Assembly (NCBI GenBank): GCA_000091165.1
Contig: FP565575.1
Span: 2,460,001-2,492,000 of the forward strand
DNA from: Candidatus Methylomirabilis oxygeniifera
GTDB taxonomy: Bacteria; Methylomirabilota; Methylomirabilia; Methylomirabilales; Methylomirabilaceae
DNA: 32,000 bases
Direction of reading: 5' to 3'
A program made the position numbers and the translations under genes. The notes beneath the pieces are model-generated. The model was not told the origin of the DNA. It worked only from the letters and a program-made list of their open reading frames with translations, and made no database searches. Positions 17,478-24,246 of the stretch are shown here, piece after piece; the first letter of the stretch is position 1, and each line of letters starts with the position of its first letter.

Positions 17478-17938
17478 AATATTGCGTTCCTTATTGAATC
17501 ATTAAGTATGGTGCCACTGGGGCAGCATTATACCACGATAGGGCGTTCTGAAGTCTATAAGCAACTGATGTTGCGGGATCCCTGACTTACCGCAACGCTG
17601 CAAACTACGCCCTTTACGAAATACAACGCGGACCTTGCAGTCTATTTCACTATCCCCCGCAGTTATCCAGGCTGCTACGTTACCGCCATGATCGCAGGTG
17701 ATCAGCCTAGCCGTCCACACTCTGTCCGCCACGACAGACCTCTAGCGCCGACAGGCCCGGGACTGCCATAAACAAAACGGCCCCTTGGGGCATAAAAACC
17801 TCAAAGGGCCGCGAACATACGTTCCTTTGCCCACGCTGTTTAGGTGCGATTGCCGATCCTTACCGACTTCGTTGGGCGCATCCTCTCCTTCAATGAGGTG
17901 GAGCCAGTGTGCAGCGTAATTCGAGTCCGGTCCCAGTT

Positions 17939-18703
17939 TTACCTCATCGGCGGCTGCGGGATCACATGCTTATGAGAATTGCCTGAACGCTGTGTATGAT
18001 CCCGAAACCACAGCGTGATAGGCCCGACTGACGCGGGCTTGGCATCGAAGGCTTGGGGTGACCGAACGTCAATCCAAAACTCTGTTGACCGTTCAACGGG
18101 AATCGGGAAAGGCGCTTTTCTTCCATCGGCCTCCCGAAAGATTTCATTTATGGTCCACGTCCCCACTCCCTCCTCCGTAACTCCAAGCTCGATGATGTCC
18201 AGCGGCTGACCTTCCGCGATTAATCGGACCTTGAATCGCCATCCGCTGACATAGCTCCCACCAGACGACCAATAACCAATGGGATTCACTGGCTCCGGAA
18301 GTTCAATCCGAAGCCGTCCAGGAAATCGCTCTGCCTGAGTATCAGAAATTCGGTTGGCCGTCTTGCCAATCTCCGAAAAGGCCGCCTCTTCGGCCTTGGA
18401 CTTCCATTCGCGGAGAAGGTCGGCAGAGTAGCGGAAAAAGTCATTGTCAACCAGCTTCGCGCAGGTTTGGCACAGCCAGATCCCGTTATTAGGGTGGCTA
18501 CGCTCTTCGGAACTCAATGATGAATCATATCGTGGTCCGCCAGCGGACGCAGCCGTGATGTGCGCCGCCACACCGACGTTAAGAGTCTTTGCGGAGTCCA
18601 GTTGGGGACCACTTGTCACTGCTCGGCACTCAAGATTAGAGCAGCGATTCGCAACGCGGTTAGCGATAGCCCGCTTTACGTCTTCCGTAAAATCGTCTCT
18701 CAT
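17939..18703 (-). CDS. C4-type HNH endonuclease-like protein with an unknown beta-rich C-terminal domain
   Basis: 254 aa. Contains CSNLEC...GVAAHITAASAGGPRYD...NNGIWLCQTCAKLVDND (Cys21/26/78/81, His48, Asn72/73). The C-terminal ~140 aa has no recognisable motif. Confidence 0.7.
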   Translation of the reverse strand: MRDDFTEDVKRAIANRVANRCSNLECRAVTSGPQLDSAKTLNVGVAAHITAASAGGPRYDSSLSSEERSHPNNGIWLCQTCAKLVDNDFFRYSADLLREWKSKAEEAAFSEIGKTANRISDTQAERFPGRLRIELPEPVNPIGYWSSGGSYVSGWRFKVRLIAEGQPLDIIELGVTEEGVGTWTINEIFREADGRKAPFPIPVERSTEFWIDVRSPQAFDAKPASVGPITLWFRDHTQRSGNSHKHVIPQPPMR

Positions 18704-18825
18704 CTAGGCCCACGCAAGTTAGGAATAGTTACTCGCAGAGCGCTTTTCGAGTGCCGGGGTCCCAAAGCACTTTTCAGCACCGTATCGAGTGGCGCGTGCC
18801 GCCAACCCAACGTCCTCGGGCAATG

Positions 18826-19071
18826 TCACGCCAGCTTTGCGCGCTTCTGTGTTGAGCGGCGTGTTATGCGTGACGTTTTCTCCGTTAATTCCAACAGGCC
18901 GAACAAGGCCTCGTTTACCGCACGCGATGTGGGAAACGCCTTCGCGATCGACGGCTCAAGCAGCGCGACGGACGTACCCTTCGCTCCCTCAGCCTAAAAC
19001 TCTCCCCGCTCAAGCTTCGAAAAATCGGAGCGTTTGTACTCTCACCGCATTTGATCTTTAGCCTTCTTCAT
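18826..19071 (-). pseudogene. Decayed small antitoxin gene (EYxxSDFSKxERG family, partner of a BrnT-like toxin) with two in-frame stops
   Basis: A single frame reads MKKAKDQMR-TGA-EYKRSDFSKLERGEF-TAG-AEGAKGTSVALLEPSIAKAFPTSRAVNEALFGLLEL.... Stops lie at 19042-19044 and 18994-18996. The ATG overlaps the end of the upstream toxin relic. Confidence 0.5.
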
Positions 19072-19300
19072 AGAGCTTCTTCTCGCCTCGCGTCACGCGA
19101 CGCGCATTGATGCTGCGTACATTTCTCGCGAATGCGGGAATTCTCCCGCCTTTCCAGTGTGTTGTCAAGGTTCTCCATGACCCCCAAGAAGAGCGGAGGA
19201 CTTCGCAATCAACCGATTCCGCCCGTCATTGCGAACCGTAGGCAAAGCGATCGAAATGTTTTGGCTCCGGCCCCACTGCTCATGAGGATAGAACGGTGAG
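19058..19300 (-). pseudogene. BrnT-like (DUF497) toxin relic
   Basis: The C-terminal frame reads ...FARNVRSINARRVTRGEKKLYEEG-stop, resembling the conserved IRIISARxATxxExxxYE tail of BrnT toxins. Upstream sequence is broken by stops and frameshifts. Confidence 0.35.
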
Positions 19301-19414
19301 ATTGCCACGCACCCTTCGGGTGCTCGCAACGGGGCTAAAAGGACGTACTCGCGCCCATGGAGCGTACCGCCGGCTTGCGCGGTATTACGAGCCGTGGCTA
19401 AAGAGCAATCTACC

Positions 19415-19532
19415 CCGTCTAAAAATATCAGGTGCTATTATAGTCCAACCGGCAGACAGGGCAAAACGGCTCTTGTGCGGTGTCTTATGACTGCATCACG
19501 CTGAGAAATCGGTAGGATAAGAAAAATGTGAG
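19415..19532 (-). promoter_or_regulatory. Repeated promoter-like module, copy B
   Basis: Minus strand reads TTGCCC-16 nt-TATAAT (-10 at 19437-19442, -35 at 19459-19464). Homologous to 11380-11498. It points toward the decayed BrnT-like pair. Confidence 0.5.
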
Positions 19533-19550
19533 TGAGGGATGGAGGTCGTG

Positions 19551-19583
19551 AGGCGGAGGCGGGGCACAGGCCCGCCTCCGCCT
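19551..19583 (-). terminator. Strong GC hairpin downstream of the WD40-like gene
   Basis: 13-bp perfect stem AGGCGGAGGCGGG / CCCGCCTCCGCCT with a 7-nt loop, 13 nt past the stop codon. No immediate U-tract. Confidence 0.5.
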
Positions 19584-19595
19584 TCACTGCGAGGG

Positions 19596-20996
19596 TTAAC
19601 CGCCGGAGGGGAGGACCTTGAAGCCGGTTTCGCGGGGTTCGCCGGTGGTGGTGTTGGCGCGGATCAGACCTTCCTGAGGGGCCGAGACCGATGAGGTCGT
19701 GACGGTAAACGTCTGGCTGGTCGCACCGGCCGGAACCGTCACGCTTGCCGGCACCCGGGCGGCCGAGTTCGTGGATGCCAGCGTCACCACCTGTCCGCCG
19801 TCCGGCGCCGGACCGGCGAGTTTGACGCTGCCGCCGGCACTCTGCCCGCCGACGACCGCCTCGGGGCTGACCATCAGTTCGGTCAGCGCCTGCGGACCTG
19901 TGGCAACCGGCGGGGGTGGCGGGGTTGTGACCGGAGCCGGGACGAGCGGCGCCTCAGCAACGACATACGGAGTCGCGGGCGCCATCGGGTTGCGGGCCAT
20001 GATGACTACGCCATCTGCGCGCACATAGACGAGCCCCATCCCATCCGGGGTAAACGTCAGCCCGTTCACGTCCGCCGTCGCCGCATCGTACAGCGCGACC
20101 AGGGCGCCGTCGGAGAGGCGATAGATCCGGATCTGATCGCTATAGAGTGAGACGGCAGCATAGTTGCCGTCCGCCGAGAGCGCAAAAGCTCGTAGTTGCT
20201 GTCCGCCCTCATAAATGATGATATTTGTGAGCAGCGTGCGGTCGGAGATGCGGAACACTTTAATGGTCACGGCGGAGCCTCCCCATGAGGGGTTACCGGC
20301 GTACTGCGCCGGCATCGTTCCCGACGTGACAAGCTTGGAGCCGTCAGGGGTGAACGCTACGCCCCGATCACCCGCCCACGGAAAGAACGAGTTCTTGAGT
20401 TTATAGGTGCTGGTGCTGTACATCCTGGCGTATGAGTTCTGGCCGTTGCTGACTACGAAGATGCTGTCCGGTGAGAACGTCACCGAGCTGTTCTGAATAG
20501 GGAAGGAGTAGAGAACCGAATCGGTGGCGAGGTCCCAGAGCTTCATCTCCGCCATCATATCGCCGGAGGCGAGCTTTTTGGCGTCGGGTGAGAACGCCAG
20601 CGCCCAGACCTGCCATTTGTGCTCGTTCATCGTCTCGCGGACCGATCCGTCGCCGGTGTCATAGAGGCGCATAAGCGAAGCGGTCCACCAGCCCGTGTCG
20701 GGGGCCTGGGTCACCTGGGCAGCGGCGATAACATCGCCGGCTGGCGATACGGCGATGGCCTCGGCCTTGTCCGGAATGCTGAGCTGTGTCGCGCCCGTAT
20801 CCGGATCGAGGGCCACGATGGCGTTACCCGATGCAACGAGGGTCGTGCCGTCCCTCGATATACCGATCGAGCTTCCGGCACTGAGCGGCTGCTGCTGCCA
20901 GATGATGTCCGGTACTCCCTGGGCGCCGGCAGCCGACGCGACCAGCATGACTCCGATAGCCAAACCTACTGCGTTAACGTTCTTGTACTGTTTCAT
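19596..20996 (-). CDS. Secreted WD40/beta-propeller repeat protein with a Pro-rich linker and C-terminal domain
   Basis: Signal peptide MKQYKNVNAVGLAIGVMLVASAAGAQG. Repeated SPDG/SPDA...L(A/V)S blade motifs. A PPPPP linker is followed by ~100 aa of Thr/Ser/Val-rich domain. Confidence 0.7.
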   Translation of the reverse strand: MKQYKNVNAVGLAIGVMLVASAAGAQGVPDIIWQQQPLSAGSSIGISRDGTTLVASGNAIVALDPDTGATQLSIPDKAEAIAVSPAGDVIAAAQVTQAPDTGWWTASLMRLYDTGDGSVRETMNEHKWQVWALAFSPDAKKLASGDMMAEMKLWDLATDSVLYSFPIQNSSVTFSPDSIFVVSNGQNSYARMYSTSTYKLKNSFFPWAGDRGVAFTPDGSKLVTSGTMPAQYAGNPSWGGSAVTIKVFRISDRTLLTNIIIYEGGQQLRAFALSADGNYAAVSLYSDQIRIYRLSDGALVALYDAATADVNGLTFTPDGMGLVYVRADGVVIMARNPMAPATPYVVAEAPLVPAPVTTPPPPPVATGPQALTELMVSPEAVVGGQSAGGSVKLAGPAPDGGQVVTLASTNSAARVPASVTVPAGATSQTFTVTTSSVSAPQEGLIRANTTTGEPRETGFKVLPSGG

Positions 20997-21099
20997 GATG
21001 CACTTCCTCCTTTGGACCAGATGGTACGCCAGGCCAAATGAAGGAATCCTGAACAGAACGTGAATTTTTCTTCAGAATTCGGATCGGAATGGTGGTCGA

Positions 21100-22500
21100 T
21101 TAGACCGCACGGGCAAGACGGACGGTCACCGTGGTCCCGGCTCCGGACGTGCCGTCGACTGAGATCGATCCGCCCTGAGCCTCGACGATGCCGCGGCAAA
21201 TGGCCAGACCCAACCCAACGCCTGGGACCTCGGAAGAGCGCGCGGTATCGCCACGATAGAAGCGCTCGAAAACTCGGGGCAACTCATTACATGGGATGCC
21301 GGGCCCGGTATCCGAGACGGTGAGCAGTACGTGATCGTTTTCGCTGCGGGCGCGCACCGTGATGTTGCTTCCCGACGGAGAAAACTTGATGGCGTTCTCA
21401 AGCAGATTGGCTATCACCTGCTCCAGGCTCCCGTCGTACACGGCGACGGAGAGGTGGGCCGACGGCTCGATGGCAATAGCCACGTTCTTACGCTGTGCCT
21501 CTTGCTGAATCCGCTTGACTGCCCGATCAACGACTGTTGTGATGAGGACCGACTCGCGCTTACAACCGTGGCGTTCACCCGCATCGAGTCGGGCCAACAC
21601 CAGCAAGTCGCCCGTGAGGCGCGACAGCCGCTCCACCTCCTCGAGGCAGGAAAGGAGCACCGTCCGGTACTCCGAGAGATCTCTCGGCCGTCGAAGGGCC
21701 ACCTCCAATTCCGCGCGCAGCCGCGATAGCGGCGAACGAAGCTCGTGGGCGGCATCGGCGGTAAAGCGACTCTGCACGGCGAAGCTTCGCTCGAGTCGAT
21801 CGAGCATGCCATTGAGTGTATCGACCAGATGGCCGATCTCGTCCTTGGTGCCGGGATACGGAAGTCGCTCCTGAAGATTCGTCTCGCCGACGCGCTGGGC
21901 CATCGCAACCATTGCCTCAATCGGGCGCAATGTATTCTTAGCGAGGATGGCCCCCGTCACCGTCACGACCGCCAGGAGGACGAATGAGACGATGATGATC
22001 AGAAGGCGAGTCGTGGCAAGGAATATCCTTGTCGGACGGAGAGAAGTCGCGACTTGAAGCGCGTAGCGAACTTTACCGCCCTCCTCGATCGGCATGGAGA
22101 CCAGACGCACCGGGTCTCCGGCAAAGTTCTGCAGCGTGTCCAGGACGGTTTCCCGGTTGCGAATGCGGGAGAGCAGAATCGACGACATCGGAAGCGTCGT
22201 GTCGCCAAGACTGACGCTCCGGATGATCACGCGGCCATCCAGATCCAGAATCTGGACCAGCTTGTCGAGGGTACGGAACTCCGGTGCCCCAGACGCGCCC
22301 CTATGTTCGTGGAGATGGATCGTCGTGCTGTCTAACGCCGATGCCGCCTCGGTCTCGGCGAGCGCCAGCAGGGCCGCATCGACCTGATCGCTGAGACTTC
22401 GCCGCAGCAACCAATCGGCAGCGGCGAACGTCCCTGCCAGGATGACCGCCAGACCGATCCCGTGCCAGAAGACCAGGCGCGCCCTGAGCCCCCAGCGCAT
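21100..22500 (-). CDS. Sensor histidine kinase (2 TM, HAMP, HisKA, HATPase_c; heavy-metal-sensor-like)
   Basis: H-box AAHELRSPLS, N/G boxes (NLLENAIKF, DTGPGI, GVGLGLAI). The start overlaps the response-regulator stop by 1 nt (TAATG). Confidence 0.9.
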   Translation of the reverse strand: MRWGLRARLVFWHGIGLAVILAGTFAAADWLLRRSLSDQVDAALLALAETEAASALDSTTIHLHEHRGASGAPEFRTLDKLVQILDLDGRVIIRSVSLGDTTLPMSSILLSRIRNRETVLDTLQNFAGDPVRLVSMPIEEGGKVRYALQVATSLRPTRIFLATTRLLIIIVSFVLLAVVTVTGAILAKNTLRPIEAMVAMAQRVGETNLQERLPYPGTKDEIGHLVDTLNGMLDRLERSFAVQSRFTADAAHELRSPLSRLRAELEVALRRPRDLSEYRTVLLSCLEEVERLSRLTGDLLVLARLDAGERHGCKRESVLITTVVDRAVKRIQQEAQRKNVAIAIEPSAHLSVAVYDGSLEQVIANLLENAIKFSPSGSNITVRARSENDHVLLTVSDTGPGIPCNELPRVFERFYRGDTARSSEVPGVGLGLAICRGIVEAQGGSISVDGTSGAGTTVTVRLARAV

Positions 22501-23177
22501 TACTCCTGCTCCTCACTCAACCGATATCCGCGGCCGCGCACGGTATGGATAAGCGAAACCGTTGAGCCGGCATCGATCTTCTTTCTCAGATTGCTGATAT
22601 GCACATCGACAAGGTTGGTCAGGTTGTCGAACTCGTCTTCCCAGATGTGCTCGCCCAACGTGGTGCGGGTGACAACCTCTCCGACGCGGCGCGCCAGGAA
22701 CTCGATGATGGCATATTCCTTCGTAGTCAACTTGATGCTGGCCCCGCCGCGAGTGACGCGATGGCTGGCCGGATCAATGACGAGATCGGCCACTCGAAGC
22801 ATCGTCGGCCGCGGACCCGTCCCACGTCTCATAAGCGCTCGAATTCTGGCAAGTAACTCGGCGAAGGCGAACGGCTTCACCATGTAGTCGTCCGCTCCGG
22901 TATCGAGTCCCTTGATTCGGTCTCGAAGGGCATCCTTTGCCGTTACCATCAGAATGGGCGTGGAGAGACCGCGGGCTCGCAGTTCACGGCAGAGTTGAAT
23001 CCCGTCTTTTCCGGGCAGAAGCCAGTCAAGGACGATCACATCGTAGTCGTTCACGGAAGCGAGATATTCACCTTCGTCGCCGGAATTGGCGATGTCAACG
23101 ACCACGCCCTCCTCGGCCAGCCCCTTCTTTAGGACACGCGCAGCCTTTTGATCGTCTTCGACTAGCAGGAGTCTCAT
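22500..23177 (-). CDS. OmpR-family response regulator (CusR/CopR-like)
   Basis: Receiver domain (LLVEDD...VIVLDWLLPGKDG...DDYMVKPF) plus a winged-helix trans_reg_C domain (VHISNLRKKID...TVRGRGY). Confidence 0.9.
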   Translation of the reverse strand: MRLLLVEDDQKAARVLKKGLAEEGVVVDIANSGDEGEYLASVNDYDVIVLDWLLPGKDGIQLCRELRARGLSTPILMVTAKDALRDRIKGLDTGADDYMVKPFAFAELLARIRALMRRGTGPRPTMLRVADLVIDPASHRVTRGGASIKLTTKEYAIIEFLARRVGEVVTRTTLGEHIWEDEFDNLTNLVDVHISNLRKKIDAGSTVSLIHTVRGRGYRLSEEQE

Positions 23178-23268
23178 GGCATCAACGGTACGGTCGGATG
23201 TGAGTGAGTGTTAAGGGGAAGCCAGCGGACCCGTAAGCTTGGACGTCTGAATTGGAGATAGGCCTGGA

Positions 23269-23320
23269 TTAGCCTTGCAGTGTCTGCAACTGTTCAAGCG
23301 ATGCGCTGTCCTCGCCGTCG
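23269..23320 (-). repeat. Direct repeat copy 1 (higA 3' end)
   Basis: 44/52 nt identical to 24247-24298 in the same orientation, stop codon included. Confidence 0.8.
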
Positions 23321-23652
23321 GCTTCAGTGCTTTGTGAGGCCGGGGTACCCGAATGAACCTCGCGCAGAGTCCATGGTTTGATCTTCGCCAGCGTCTTGGC
23401 AAGGGAATCCTTGGCCTTGGTTGCGTCGTAGTCCATCTGTAAGCCGATCCAGAAATCCTCGGACATGCCGAAAAACCGCGATAAACGCAGACCCGTATCG
23501 ACGGTAATGGCGCGCGTGCCGGTCACGATCTCACCGATGCGTCGTTGCGGTACGCCGATCTCCTTGGCCAGTCGATACTGCGTGATGCCTATGGGTTTTA
23601 GAAATTCTTCCAGCAGAAGTTCTCCGGGGTGGGGATAGGGGACTTTACGCAT
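23269..23652 (-). CDS. higA: HigA-type HTH antitoxin with an extended C-terminal tail
   Basis: HPGELLLEEFLKPIGITQYRLAKEIGVPQRRIGEIVTGTRAITVDTGLRLSRFFGMSEDFW is the classic HigA/VapI HTH. About 30 extra residues end in DGEDSASLEQLQTLQG. Overlaps higB by 8 nt. Confidence 0.85.
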   Translation of the reverse strand: MRKVPYPHPGELLLEEFLKPIGITQYRLAKEIGVPQRRIGEIVTGTRAITVDTGLRLSRFFGMSEDFWIGLQMDYDATKAKDSLAKTLAKIKPWTLREVHSGTPASQSTEADGEDSASLEQLQTLQG

Positions 23653-23944
23653 GATGTCTCTCCCAGTGATAGTCTACGATCTCAACGTCCTTCGGGCCTT
23701 CCGTCGTCCACACGAAGCACACACGGAACTGATCGTTAATGCGGATGCTATACTGCCCGAAGCGGTCGCCTTTCAAGGCTTCGAGCCGGTTGCCCGGCGG
23801 CACGCGCAAGTCATCGAGTCTTCCGACCCGGTTCAGTATTGCCAGCTTGCGCATGGCAACGCATTCGATGTGCGCAAACCGCTTGATACGTTTGCCGCCA
23901 AACAGGCCTTGCGTCTCAGCGCACTTGAACGACCGGATCGGCAT
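23645..23944 (-). CDS. higB: HigB-type toxin (RelE/ParE superfamily, plasmid-maintenance killer protein)
   Basis: IRSFKCAETQGLF...LNRVGRLDDLRVPPGNRLEALKGDRFGQYSIRINDQFRVCFVW...VEIVDYH matches the HigB family pattern. ATG at 23944. Confidence 0.85.
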   Translation of the reverse strand: MPIRSFKCAETQGLFGGKRIKRFAHIECVAMRKLAILNRVGRLDDLRVPPGNRLEALKGDRFGQYSIRINDQFRVCFVWTTEGPKDVEIVDYHWERHHA

Positions 23945-23979
23945 ACGCAAATACTAACGATATGCGTTAGTATTGTCAA
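23942..23979 (-). promoter_or_regulatory. higBA promoter with an overlapping palindromic operator
   Basis: Minus strand reads TTGACA-17 nt-TAGTAT-TTGCGT-ATG. A perfect 10-bp inverted repeat AATACTAACG-N5-CGTTAGTATT (23950-23974) covers the spacer and the -10. Confidence 0.65.
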
Positions 23980-24076
23980 GGGCCAGCATGGGGGGATGGA
24001 CTGCACCATAAAGACGGTGGATCGTCACGATATAAGGACTATATCGATCGCTACGATCCCATTGCTCAGGTACAAC

Positions 24077-24208
24077 TCACATTGAAATGAACGTGTTCAG
24101 TGAAACAGCGGTGTCAGGAAACTCCGCCAGTATCTGGGCGTCCGATGTCACAAGCGGGATGTTCAGATGCTCGGCCAATGCAATGAATTCGCAGTGATGT
24201 GCGGGCAT
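24077..24208 (-). pseudogene. VapC (PIN-domain) toxin C-terminal stub
   Basis: The frame reads MPAHHCEFIALAEHLNIPLVTSDAQILAEFPDTAVSLNTFISM-stop. This matches the C-terminal xxYDAxYxALAExLxxPLVTxD part of PIN toxins. The N-terminal ~90 aa is absent. Confidence 0.45.
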
Positions 24209-24246
24209 CTGTCTCAGCGTAGGGCCGGTCTGGCCGAAGGTTGAGA

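Noticed and set aside
17502-17732. 76-aa minus-strand ORF between the HNH and DGQHR genes.
   Set aside because: It has a GTG start without an SD, no recognisable motif, and overlaps predicted stem-loops. It is kept only as part of the unassigned spacer finding.
12223-18703. Prophage or integrative conjugative element interpretation of the island.
   Set aside because: No integrase, transposase, or capsid, tail, terminase or conjugation genes are visible in any frame. Only repeat-bounded cargo and TA debris are present.
19225-19335. Inverted pair GTCATTGCGAACCGTAGGCAAAGCGATCG and GAGATTGCCACGCACCCTTCGGGTGCTCGCAACGG, reminiscent of REP-like palindromic elements.
   Set aside because: The pairing is imperfect, there is only one pair in the window, and it lies inside the decayed toxin region. 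I cannot distinguish a REP-type element from chance without genome-wide counts.
18560-19490. Plus-strand ORFs 18560-18997, 18789-19061 and 19296-19490.
   Set aside because: They are antisense to the HNH gene end and to the decayed TA pair, or they span the repeated promoter module. Their composition is Arg/Ala/Ser-rich shadow-frame-like and they have no motifs.
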